Assembly: GCA_023430885.1 (NCBI GenBank)
Contig: JAEYYH010000015.1
Location: forward strand, 3,743 to 67,742
Origin: Bacillota bacterium
Lineage (GTDB): Bacteria; Bacillota_I; Bacilli_A; RF39; UBA660
DNA: 64,000 nt
Direction of reading: 5' to 3'
Below, one piece after another: positions 8,926 through 18,581 of the stretch (positions within the stretch are counted from its first letter, which is position 1; each line of letters begins with the position of its first letter). Position numbers and translations under genes: made by a program. The notes beneath the pieces are model-generated. The model searched no databases. It was not told where the DNA came from and saw nothing but the letters and a program-made list of their open reading frames with translations.

Positions 8926-10572
8926 TTATAAATTAGTTATTTCTGGTATACCTGATGTAGAATTATTTGTTACTACATTATTTGCTTCTACTACACCAGG
9001 ATTTAATGTTTCTGGTGTAACTATACCAGCAGTAGGAACACCACTGATAACATCAGTAACCGGTTGCACAGGCTGCGTTCCATAGTTAACTGTATTTGGA
9101 ATTGCTTCTGCAACATAAGGATTTACTGGTGCTACTTGGGCAACTGGTGCCTCATAAGCTATTGGAGCTTCAGTAGGTACTACAGAAGGAATAACTGTAT
9201 TAGCAACTAATGGGATATTATTGTTAATATCGTTTGTATTATCAAAAGTAGTAGCTAAATTGTTACCTGTAATTTCTGAAATACCAGCAGTAGCAGGGGC
9301 CGGAATTTGTTCGCCACTATTTTCTGCGTTTGCAATTTCAGTGAATTCAAGAGCTTTCTTAAGATCTAATTCACCAGCTAATTTATCATCATCTTCAAGT
9401 TCTATTAATTTAAGTACTTCTTCAAATGTAGAATGTCCTTCGATAACTTTTTCAAGTCCATCTTGTAACAATGTTATAACATCAGAACCATATACAAGAC
9501 CACGAAGTTTTTCTTTTGGCATACCGCTTGATAAAGCATCACGAATATCTTGATTTATAACAAGAACTTCATGAATAGCTATACGACCAGTATAACCGTT
9601 GCCACACTCTTCGCACCCTACAGCAGAATATATTTCATTAACTTGTTTATTTAAAACTTTCCTGAATAATCTTTGTTCATATTCATTTGTTTTTCTTAAC
9701 GCTTTACATTTTGGACATAATCTACGAGCTAATTTTTGTGAAATTATTCCAGTTAATGCACTAGATAAAAGGTAGCGTTCAACTTCCATATCTAGTAAAC
9801 GTTCAATTGTATTAAGTGAATTGTTGGTGTGGATTGTAGATAATACTAAGTGACCTGTAATAGAAGCACGAACTGCTATTTTGGCCGTCTCAGTATCACG
9901 AATTTCTCCTATCATTATTATGTTAGGATCCTGACGTAAAATAGAACGTAGGGCAGTGGCAAAATTAAGTCCAATTTCACTATTAACTTGAACTTGGTTT
10001 ATACCTTCAATGTCCATTTCTATTGGGTCTTCAACAGTTATAAGATTAGTGTCCTCTTTATTTAATCTTTGAAGTATTGAGTATACTGTAGTAGATTTAC
10101 CACTACCAGTAGCTCCGGTAACTAATATGATACCGTTTGGAACACCAATCATATATAATACTTTATTAAAATTTGTAGCACTGAAATCTAATTGTTCTAG
10201 TCCATTTAAACTTTTTGTATAGTCAAGAATACGAATAACGATCTTCTCACCATTACTAACGGGTAGAACAGATACACGAAGATCTAAGTCCATGTCCTGA
10301 AGAGTAGCTTTGATAGCACCATCTTGAGGCAATCTAGACTCAGTTATGTTCATCCCTGCTATTATTTTAATACGAGTAGTTAAGTTCTTTTTAACTGCAT
10401 TAGGTATTTCAGCATAGTCTTGTAATGCTCCATCTATACGAATCCTTGCCTTCATGTATTTTTCTAATGGGTCGAAGTGAATATCACTCGCACCTCTCTT
10501 AGATGCATCAACAAGTATTTCATTAACGATTTCAACTATCGGCATCTTTTCAAAATCAAATGTTTTTAACAC
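8926..10572 (-). CDS. pilB: Type IV pilus/T2SS assembly ATPase (GspE/PilB/PilT family) with a ~150-aa Pro/Val/Thr-rich low-complexity C-terminal tail.
   Basis: Walker A GATGSGKSTT, Asp box, His box, tetracysteine motif CPKC...CEEC. There is no N1 domain; the tail PAPATAGISEITGNN...TNL is unusual. Confidence 0.9.
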   Translation of the reverse strand: MLKTFDFEKMPIVEIVNEILVDASKRGASDIHFDPLEKYMKARIRIDGALQDYAEIPNAVKKNLTTRIKIIAGMNITESRLPQDGAIKATLQDMDLDLRVSVLPVSNGEKIVIRILDYTKSLNGLEQLDFSATNFNKVLYMIGVPNGIILVTGATGSGKSTTVYSILQRLNKEDTNLITVEDPIEMDIEGINQVQVNSEIGLNFATALRSILRQDPNIIMIGEIRDTETAKIAVRASITGHLVLSTIHTNNSLNTIERLLDMEVERYLLSSALTGIISQKLARRLCPKCKALRKTNEYEQRLFRKVLNKQVNEIYSAVGCEECGNGYTGRIAIHEVLVINQDIRDALSSGMPKEKLRGLVYGSDVITLLQDGLEKVIEGHSTFEEVLKLIELEDDDKLAGELDLKKALEFTEIANAENSGEQIPAPATAGISEITGNNLATTFDNTNDINNNIPLVANTVIPSVVPTEAPIAYEAPVAQVAPVNPYVAEAIPNTVNYGTQPVQPVTDVISGVPTAGIVTPETLNPGVVEANNVVTNNSTSGIPEITNL

Positions 10573-10669
10573 TAAAATTCATCCCCTTTTTAAACTTTTG
10601 GACTAGCATTTATCCTGAATATATTATATAATATATTTAAAGTAAAAACAATAAGGAAGGACGACTTTT

Positions 10670-11641
10670 ATGAAAAAATTAGGTAAAAAGGGGTTTATGC
10701 TAACAGAAACTTTAATTGTTTCCACCATGCTTATAACAATACTAATAATACTATATGTACAATTTAAAAATGTTACTAGAAGTTTTTATGCAAGTTTTAC
10801 TTATAATACAGTTGGGAGTAGTTATAATTTATATAATGCTAAATTATATATAGAGCAGTCTGATTATAGCTTAATTGCAGAAAAATTAAAAACAAATACA
10901 TATATTGATTTGACCGATTGTCCTGGATCATATTTCACTAGTACTGACTACTGTGAAACATTATTTACTAAACTTGGTGTTACAAAAATAATAATGACTA
11001 ATGAAAATTTACATAGTTTAATTGAAGATAATGATTTTGACGGTGATTTTAATGACTTTTTAAATAGTATAGATTATGAATCGACTGACGGTTATCGCCT
11101 AATTGGATCGTTTAAAGATGGTACTTATGCAAGTATAAGAATATTAAATGGTGACAAATTTAATTTTGTTATATCCAATGCCTGCACAGCTACAAAGGAA
11201 GTTGCTTATAGAATAAATCATATAGTTATTCCTGAATCCAGTGCTACAGAAGGTTATAATTTAGCTGAGGATACAGTAGGAAAATCAGCTTGTGGTTCTA
11301 ATATAGTAGTTACAAATTATGCAATAACAAGTAATAGTTGCTATTATTTAACAAAAGTAAGTCCATCTAATACAATTGATTTAGGAATAGATGAAGATGC
11401 AAACAAGGCTACTATATATTATAGTAAATATGCATCTAATTTAACTATTAATCATTATAAAGTTGGTACTACGCAAGTTCTCTCTGATCCTACTATAGTA
11501 AGTAGTTTCTGTGGAAATGAGATATTAGTTGAACAATATAAAAAAAATATTGCCGGATATAATTATGACAGTGTAGAGCAAGAAACAGTAACGATGACTA
11601 GTACAGATACAACAGTTAATCTATACTATAAAGAGGTGTAA
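10670..11641 (+). CDS. Type IV pilin-like protein (class III signal peptide), large (323 aa).
   Basis: KKG|FMLTETLIVSTMLITILIIL has Gly at -1 and Glu at +5, with a hydrophobic N-terminal helix. Good SD. Confidence 0.7.
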   Translation: MKKLGKKGFMLTETLIVSTMLITILIILYVQFKNVTRSFYASFTYNTVGSSYNLYNAKLYIEQSDYSLIAEKLKTNTYIDLTDCPGSYFTSTDYCETLFTKLGVTKIIMTNENLHSLIEDNDFDGDFNDFLNSIDYESTDGYRLIGSFKDGTYASIRILNGDKFNFVISNACTATKEVAYRINHIVIPESSATEGYNLAEDTVGKSACGSNIVVTNYAITSNSCYYLTKVSPSNTIDLGIDEDANKATIYYSKYASNLTINHYKVGTTQVLSDPTIVSSFCGNEILVEQYKKNIAGYNYDSVEQETVTMTSTDTTVNLYYKEV

Positions 11642-11645
11642 TAAG

Positions 11646-13256
11646 ATGAATAAAAAAGGTTTTACAACAGTTGAATTGTTAGTTTCTTTTACTCTTGTTT
11701 CTATAATAGTATTTTTCTTATTTGAAATAATTTTTGTTTTAAAAGATTTATATGTTTCATCTGGTATAAAGACAAAATTACTTACAAAGCAAGCTGTAAT
11801 ATCTGAAATGATTAATGACGATTTTACTTCGTTAACTTTAGTATATGCTGATAAATGTGCTTCATCAGATGCTAATGCTGACAAAGAAGTATGTATTAAC
11901 TTTGCCTTTCAAGATATTACTAAGCAATTAGTAGTAGATAGAGAAAACGGGACTATTACTTGGGGAAACATAACAACTGCTTTAATAAGTGGTAGTGAGT
12001 TTGGAAATATAAAAATAAATAAGGAAACTTTAGTTCATGCTGAAGATACCGAGACGTTAAATGGTATTCTTACTATAAATATTCCAATTTACCATAAGAT
12101 TATCGAAGGGGAGGATTTTGGAATAAATATTAATTATCAATATAATAGTAATTCTGTATCTCTTGCTAATATCAATGTCAGTGACATAGTAGATGCTGAA
12201 AAAAAAGTTTATTTAATACTTGATGAGGATATTAAATTTCAAAATGTTGATTATATCGATCCTGGTTACTTCGTTGTTGATACAACAACAGGTCAAGTAA
12301 TAACAGATGCAACTGAACTTTCTAATTTAGTTAAGATAACTGGTGAGGTTGGTAATGAGCTAGGAGAAACTTATTATTTAACTTACACAATATATGATAT
12401 GAATAACGGTATAATGAGTCAGGCTACAAGAAGTGTTACAGTCCTTGCTTCAGAATATACTTATCAGATGACGGGGGATATTAAAACTCTTAATATTCCA
12501 ATTGCTGGTACTTATAAAATTGAAACATGGGGTGCATCAGGTGGCGGAACAACTATTATGAAAGGCCGTGGCGGATACACTTCTGGAACTTTTAAATTTA
12601 GTACGTTAGATACGCTATATATAGCAGTAGGCGGAGAAGGCACTACTGGTATTAGTAATACTGCTGCTGTTGGTGGTTATAATGGTGGCGGTGATTCCGG
12701 AGTTAGTACTTCTGATTATGCATCATCTGGCGGTGGCGCTAGCGATGTTAGATTAAACTCAAATTCACTTTCATCAAGAATAATCGTTGCCGGTGGTGGA
12801 GGCGGTGGTGGCTCACGAAATGACTCTACTGCTACATGTAATGGCGGTGCTGGCGGCGGAGCAACTGCCGGTATTGGAACATGTTCTGCTGAAAGTTATA
12901 TTGGTGGTGCAGGAACACCAACTGCTGGTGGTGCAGCAGCTACATATAATACAAACATAATTACGTCACCAACTTCTGGAAAAATTGGTATAGGAGGAAA
13001 TGGCGCAAGTTATCAAAACGTTACTGTAACCTCATCAGCCGGTGGTGGTGGCGGTGGTTACTACGGTGGCGGCGGTGGTTCACGTTTTGGAGGCGGGGGC
13101 GGTGGCTCAAGTTTCTGCGATTCATTAGCTGCAACTACGTGTGATACATTAGCACTGGGAACAGATAGTTTTCCAACCATTGACGGAAGAAATTATGAAA
13201 CGGGTCATATTGGTAATGGCTATGTTAAAATAACATTAATAAGTATGGCATCATAA
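11646..13256 (+). CDS. Type IV pilin-like protein with a C-terminal glycine-rich low-complexity domain (536 aa).
   Basis: NKKG|FTTVELLVSFTLVSIIVFF prepilin motif (E+5). The C-terminal third contains GGGGGGGS, GGGGGGYYGGGGGSRFGGGGGGS runs and a locally elevated GC content. Confidence 0.65.
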   Translation: MNKKGFTTVELLVSFTLVSIIVFFLFEIIFVLKDLYVSSGIKTKLLTKQAVISEMINDDFTSLTLVYADKCASSDANADKEVCINFAFQDITKQLVVDRENGTITWGNITTALISGSEFGNIKINKETLVHAEDTETLNGILTINIPIYHKIIEGEDFGININYQYNSNSVSLANINVSDIVDAEKKVYLILDEDIKFQNVDYIDPGYFVVDTTTGQVITDATELSNLVKITGEVGNELGETYYLTYTIYDMNNGIMSQATRSVTVLASEYTYQMTGDIKTLNIPIAGTYKIETWGASGGGTTIMKGRGGYTSGTFKFSTLDTLYIAVGGEGTTGISNTAAVGGYNGGGDSGVSTSDYASSGGGASDVRLNSNSLSSRIIVAGGGGGGGSRNDSTATCNGGAGGGATAGIGTCSAESYIGGAGTPTAGGAAATYNTNIITSPTSGKIGIGGNGASYQNVTVTSSAGGGGGGYYGGGGGSRFGGGGGGSSFCDSLAATTCDTLALGTDSFPTIDGRNYETGHIGNGYVKITLISMAS

Positions 13257-13276
13257 AAAGATATGAGGTAGTTACA

Positions 13277-13918
13277 ATGATTAAAAAAATCGAAAAATAT
13301 ACACTGCCTCTAGGTATGGTAGGAGTAATTGCATATTTAACGCACACTGTTTTAGGAAGAATACTTTGGAGTGAATATAATCCTATAACAACAGATATTA
13401 GTTCACTTACTGCCGCAGGGGCACCTAATAGGGAATTACTTCTAGTTTTTACTTATATTTATGGCATTTCAATGATACTTTTTATTACGGGTTTATTAAT
13501 CAAATCATTTAGAAAATATCACTCTAGTGTAAAAATAGGTTATATTATAATGATAATTATGCAAATTGTCTCTTTTATTGGATATAGCCTTTTTCCATTA
13601 TCAGGTGATAAAACGGTTATGAACTTTCAAAATATTTTACATATTATAGTTACAGTAATAGTAGTATTTACAACTATTATATCTGGATATTTTTTAGCTT
13701 TTGGATATATAAAACAAGAAAAAAAACCAATATTAGGAAAATTCATATTAGTTATGGCTATTATAATTACAATAGCTGGCATGACAAATCCAATTTGTAT
13801 TAATATGAAACTTAATATACTTGGTCTTACTGAAAGACTTGTAATCTATTCATTACAATTAATGCTTTTTATAATATCGGCTTATTATACATTTAGTAAA
13901 CAAGAAAAAATAGATTAA
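13277..13918 (+). CDS. Polytopic integral membrane protein, hypothetical.
   Basis: About 6 predicted TM helices. SD gaggtag upstream. Confidence 0.5.
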   Translation: MIKKIEKYTLPLGMVGVIAYLTHTVLGRILWSEYNPITTDISSLTAAGAPNRELLLVFTYIYGISMILFITGLLIKSFRKYHSSVKIGYIIMIIMQIVSFIGYSLFPLSGDKTVMNFQNILHIIVTVIVVFTTIISGYFLAFGYIKQEKKPILGKFILVMAIIITIAGMTNPICINMKLNILGLTERLVIYSLQLMLFIISAYYTFSKQEKID

Positions 13919-13927
13919 TTTAATAAT

Positions 13928-14884
13928 CTATAAAATAAGCAAATATATTATAAGTCCTGATAATAATGCATGAATTATTCTAGCAATAAAATAAGGTAAA
14001 TACCTTATTTTTTTTTCGCTTAAAATACTCATTACCTGCATATGACAACTAAAACCTCCAAAAGATATAATCATAGTAGTTAAAATTATTTTAGTATTTA
14101 TACTTATATTTAATTCACTAATAAAACTAAGACCTTGTGTCATTTCAAATAATCCGTTAACAATACTTTTTATTAATGGGGTAAAACTCATTATATTGTT
14201 AATAATAGTAGTGATAATTAGAAAGAAAGTTATTACACCTAAAATAAGTAATAAAGTATTTATGCTATCTATTAATGTTTTAGTAAGAACTTTTCCAAAT
14301 TTTTCACTTTTTATTCTTTTATTATTCATATTTAAAATAGCTTTTTTTAGAGAAAATGAATTATCTTTAGTAGTAGGATGATAATTTCTAACACATATGC
14401 CAATAATAATATTACTAATATAATGGGCTATTAATATAAGTAATCCGATTTTATAATTGCTTAAAAAACTGACTCCAACAGTTCCAAGAATAAATAACGG
14501 ATTAGAAAAATGTGTAAACATAAGTAATTTTTCTGCTTCTTCTAAGTCAATCATATTTTTATCAAGTAATTCATTTATATATTTAGCATTACTAGGAATT
14601 CCAGAAATAATGCTCATAATAAAAACAAAGGAAGAGTTACCACTCATTCTAAATAGTATTGCCATAACTGGTTTAAATATTTCACTTACAAATTCTACAA
14701 AACCATAGTTTATCAGCAAACTAGATATAACAAAAAATGGAAATAAAGAAGGAAAAAGGTTATTCTTCCAAATGTCAAGTGAAAGTGTAACTGAATCAAG
14801 TATAGATGAAGAATTTACTAGTATTTGTGATACAATAAATAGTAGAGTGCCTATGATTAAGATACTTTTGATTATTTTTCTCAT
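13928..14884 (-). CDS. ylbJ: Sporulation integral membrane protein YlbJ-like (nucleoside-recognition-domain membrane protein).
   Basis: Polytopic membrane protein divergently adjacent to a ylbL/sepM-like gene, as in the Bacillus ylbJ-ylbL arrangement. Confidence 0.5.
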   Translation of the reverse strand: MRKIIKSILIIGTLLFIVSQILVNSSSILDSVTLSLDIWKNNLFPSLFPFFVISSLLINYGFVEFVSEIFKPVMAILFRMSGNSSFVFIMSIISGIPSNAKYINELLDKNMIDLEEAEKLLMFTHFSNPLFILGTVGVSFLSNYKIGLLILIAHYISNIIIGICVRNYHPTTKDNSFSLKKAILNMNNKRIKSEKFGKVLTKTLIDSINTLLLILGVITFFLIITTIINNIMSFTPLIKSIVNGLFEMTQGLSFISELNISINTKIILTTMIISFGGFSCHMQVMSILSEKKIRYLPYFIARIIHALLSGLIIYLLIL

Positions 14885-14916
14885 TTGATCACCATATTCT
14901 ATATAAAGGAGAATTT

Positions 14917-15930
14917 ATGATTAATAAAATATATGTGAATTTAAAAAAATATTTCAAAGAAAACTGGAAGTATTTATTAATATTTATTATTACGGTATTT
15001 ATTTGTACTTACAAATTGCCGTTTTATATTGATTCAACAGGTGGACTAATTGACACTTCCAAAAGAGTTTCAATAGAAGGCGCCAAAAAAGTAGAAGGTA
15101 GCTTTAATATGGCTTACGTTAATGAAGTTCAGGCTACTATTCCCTTATGGTTTATCAGTTTACTTAATGATAATTGGGATGTTGTAAAAGAAGAAGAAAT
15201 TACTTACGGTGACATGACTGTAGATGAAGTGATTGAGTATGGAAGAATTTCTATGCGTGAGGGTGCTAAAGATGCTGTTGAGATAGCATATAAGAAAGCT
15301 GGCTTAGAAGTAACTGAATCAAATAGGAAAACAGCTGTTATATATCGAAATGAAGAAGCTGATACTGATTTAAAAATAGGAGACACTATTAATAGTATTA
15401 ATGGAAATAAAATGACTGATTTTGATAGTTTAACAAATTATTTAACAAAGTTTAAAGTTGGAGATAAGTTAACTATAGAAGTTACTAATAATAGTAAAAA
15501 ATATACAAGATATGCTAAAATGATTGATATTGACGGGCAGCCAAGAATAGGAATTATTTTACTTGAAACTAGAGATATAGATACTGATCCAGAATGTACT
15601 CTATCATATAAGGCATCAGAATCAGGATCTTCTGGTGGTTTAATGACAACTCTTACTATATATAATTATTTAATTGATAAAGATATAACCGGTGGCAAGA
15701 AAATAGCAGGGACAGGTACTATAGAAAAAGACGGGACTATAGGAGAAATTGCAGGCATTAAATATAAGTTAGCTGGAGCAGTTAAAAAAAAGGCAGAAAT
15801 ATTTTTGGTGCCAGCAGGTGAAAACTATGATGAAGCTGTTAAACTTAAAAAAGAAAAAAATTATGATATTAAAATAGTATCGATAAGTACTTTTGATGAA
15901 GCAGTTGAATATTTAGAAAGCAATATGTAA
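14917..15930 (+). CDS. ylbL: PDZ-domain Lon-like S16 peptidase (YlbL/SepM family).
   Basis: N-terminal TM, PDZ-like middle region, C-terminal Lon-protease-like motif SGSSGGLMTTL and KIAGTGTI...GEIAGIKYKLAGA. Confidence 0.7.
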   Translation: MINKIYVNLKKYFKENWKYLLIFIITVFICTYKLPFYIDSTGGLIDTSKRVSIEGAKKVEGSFNMAYVNEVQATIPLWFISLLNDNWDVVKEEEITYGDMTVDEVIEYGRISMREGAKDAVEIAYKKAGLEVTESNRKTAVIYRNEEADTDLKIGDTINSINGNKMTDFDSLTNYLTKFKVGDKLTIEVTNNSKKYTRYAKMIDIDGQPRIGIILLETRDIDTDPECTLSYKASESGSSGGLMTTLTIYNYLIDKDITGGKKIAGTGTIEKDGTIGEIAGIKYKLAGAVKKKAEIFLVPAGENYDEAVKLKKEKNYDIKIVSISTFDEAVEYLESNM

Positions 15931-16025
15931 TAAAACTATATAATATACTAGTAAAAAAGGCTATAAATGTAATAATTTGTAGTCTTTTTTGTCAAAAAAT
16001 GTTAAAATATATTAAGGTGATTTAA

Positions 16026-18569
16026 ATGAAACGTAATGAAGTAGACATAAATAAAGTTTCGCCGATGATGCGTCAGTACATCGAGGTAAAAGATGCTAAT
16101 CCAGACATAATTGTTATGTTTAGAATTGGTGATTTTTATGAGATGTTTTTTGAGGATGCAATAAATGTATCTAGAGAATTGGAACTAACTTTAACTGGTA
16201 AAAATTGTGGTTTAGATGAAAGAGTTCCTATGTGTGGTGTTCCTCATCATGCAGTTAATATATATTTGGAAAAATTAATTGAAAAAGGTTATAAAGTAGG
16301 TATATGTGAACAAATGGAAGATCCTAGATTTACTAAAGGTCTTTTAAAAAGAGATTTAACTAGAATAGTAAGTGTAGGAACTGTTATAAGTAATGACAGT
16401 TTAAATGAAAAAGATAATAATTATATAGGTAGTATAGTAGATTTTAATCATGTTTATATTCTAGCATATACAGATATTTCAACAGGTGATATGTATGTAA
16501 GTATGGTAGAACATAATGTATCAAAACTTGTTAGTGAAATAATAAGTACTAACATTAAAGAAATTATTATGACTAGTAAAGTTGATGTTAGTGTTAATGC
16601 CCTTCTTAAAAATCAATTTAAAATAACAACAACTATTACTGATGAAGTAGAAAGTAATAAAGATTATGATTATATATATGAAGATGTTGGTGATGTAAGA
16701 TATGTCGAAGCAATTAAACATTTACTAACATATATAACTAATACACAAAAACGCAACTTATCACATCTTCAAAAAGTAATTATTAAAGATAATAAAGATT
16801 ATTTAAAGATGGATATTCATACTAAAAGAAATCTTGAACTTACAGAAACACTTAGATTAAAAGACCGTAATTATTCATTGATATGGCTTTTAGATAAAAC
16901 AAAAACAGCTATGGGTAGCCGTATGCTAAAGAATATGATTGAAAATCCACTTGTTAATAAGTCTGAGATTGAAAGAAGATATGACACTGTTGAAGTTTTA
17001 TTAAAAGAATTTATACTAAAAGAAGATCTGCAAAATCTTTTATACGAAGTATATGACTTAGAAAGATTATCTGGTCGTATAGCTTTTGGAAGTGCTAATG
17101 CTAGAGATTTACTACAACTTAAAACTTCTTTAGGTGTACTTCCTAAAATAAGTGAAATACTAAAGCAAATTAATTTTCATAAAGAAATAGTACCAATAAC
17201 AGAATTACACGCGCTACTTGAAGAAAGTATTTATGAAAATCCACCAATATCTTTAAAAGAAGGATATTTAATAAAAGAAAAGTATAATTCTGAACTTGAT
17301 GAACTTAAGGATTTAAGAAAAGGCGGCAAAGATTTTGTTGCCAGATTTGAAACTGAAGAAAAAGAAAGAACAGGTATTAAGAATTTAAAGATTGGATATA
17401 ATAAAGTTTTTGGATATTTTATTGAAGTATCAAAAGGCAGTACTAACCTAGTTAAAGAAGAATATGGCTATGAAAGAAGACAAACACTTTCAAATTGTGA
17501 GCGATATATAAGTCCAATACTAAAAGAAAAAGAAGCATTAATACTTAACGCTGAGGAAAAAATAATTGATTTAGAATATGAATTATTTTCAGGTATTAGA
17601 GAACAAATAAAAAATTATATTCCTAAACTTCAAGAAATATCTAAAGTAATAAGTGAAATTGATGTTATGCAGTCTTTTGCAACTGTAACAGAAGCTAATA
17701 ACTATGTAAGACCAGTTTTATCAGATGATAGAATTGTTAATGTTACTGATGGTAGACATCCTGTGGTTGAAAAAGTAACTGGCGGAGAATTTGTTCCTAA
17801 TGATATTATTATGGATAAGAGTACAAATATTCTACTAATAACTGGTCCAAATATGGCTGGTAAAAGTACTTATATGCGTCAAATGGCTATTACTGTTATA
17901 ATGGCTCAAATAGGATGTTTTGTGCCTGCTAAAGAGGCTATTTTACCTATTTTTGATCAGATATTTACAAGAATAGGTGCAAGTGATGATTTAGTAAGTG
18001 GTGAATCTACATTCATGGTTGAAATGTTAGAAGCTAACAATGCTATTACTAATGCTACAGAAAATAGTTTGATTTTGTTTGACGAGTTAGGTCGCGGAAC
18101 AGCTACATTCGATGGTATGAGTTTAGCTCAAGCTATAATTGAGTATATAAGTGAGAATATTAAAGCAAAGACACTATTTTCAACACATTATCATGAACTT
18201 ACCGATTTAGAGGATAATTTAAAAGGACTTAAGAATATTCATGTTAGTGCCTATGAAGAAAATGGCAACATTACATTCCTTCATAAGATAAAAGATGGTA
18301 GCGTTGATAAGAGTTATGGTATTTATGTAGCAAGACTTGCTAAAATGCCAAAATCTTTAATTGAAAGAGCTAATCAAATATTAAAAGTTTATGAAGACAA
18401 AGAAATAAAAAGAGATATTAAAGTTCAAGAATCTCTTCCACTTGATGATTTAATAAATATCAAAAGTGAAGTAGAAGAAGAACTAGAAAAAGTTAATGTA
18501 ATGGATATTACTCCACTTGATGCATTAAACATATTATATAAATTAAAAGAAAAAATAAATAATAAGTAA
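16026..18569 (+). CDS. mutS: DNA mismatch repair protein MutS.
   Basis: N-terminal TPMMRQY...GDFYE, Walker A GPNMAGKSTYMRQ, DELGRGT, 847 aa. Confidence 0.9.
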   Translation: MKRNEVDINKVSPMMRQYIEVKDANPDIIVMFRIGDFYEMFFEDAINVSRELELTLTGKNCGLDERVPMCGVPHHAVNIYLEKLIEKGYKVGICEQMEDPRFTKGLLKRDLTRIVSVGTVISNDSLNEKDNNYIGSIVDFNHVYILAYTDISTGDMYVSMVEHNVSKLVSEIISTNIKEIIMTSKVDVSVNALLKNQFKITTTITDEVESNKDYDYIYEDVGDVRYVEAIKHLLTYITNTQKRNLSHLQKVIIKDNKDYLKMDIHTKRNLELTETLRLKDRNYSLIWLLDKTKTAMGSRMLKNMIENPLVNKSEIERRYDTVEVLLKEFILKEDLQNLLYEVYDLERLSGRIAFGSANARDLLQLKTSLGVLPKISEILKQINFHKEIVPITELHALLEESIYENPPISLKEGYLIKEKYNSELDELKDLRKGGKDFVARFETEEKERTGIKNLKIGYNKVFGYFIEVSKGSTNLVKEEYGYERRQTLSNCERYISPILKEKEALILNAEEKIIDLEYELFSGIREQIKNYIPKLQEISKVISEIDVMQSFATVTEANNYVRPVLSDDRIVNVTDGRHPVVEKVTGGEFVPNDIIMDKSTNILLITGPNMAGKSTYMRQMAITVIMAQIGCFVPAKEAILPIFDQIFTRIGASDDLVSGESTFMVEMLEANNAITNATENSLILFDELGRGTATFDGMSLAQAIIEYISENIKAKTLFSTHYHELTDLEDNLKGLKNIHVSAYEENGNITFLHKIKDGSVDKSYGIYVARLAKMPKSLIERANQILKVYEDKEIKRDIKVQESLPLDDLINIKSEVEEELEKVNVMDITPLDALNILYKLKEKINNK

Positions 18570-18581
18570 GGAGATGAGTAT

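Noticed and set aside
9221-9553. Plus-strand ORF inside the pilB ATPase gene.
   Set aside because: It is a Ser/Ala-rich antisense translation of the conserved ATPase and is not credible.
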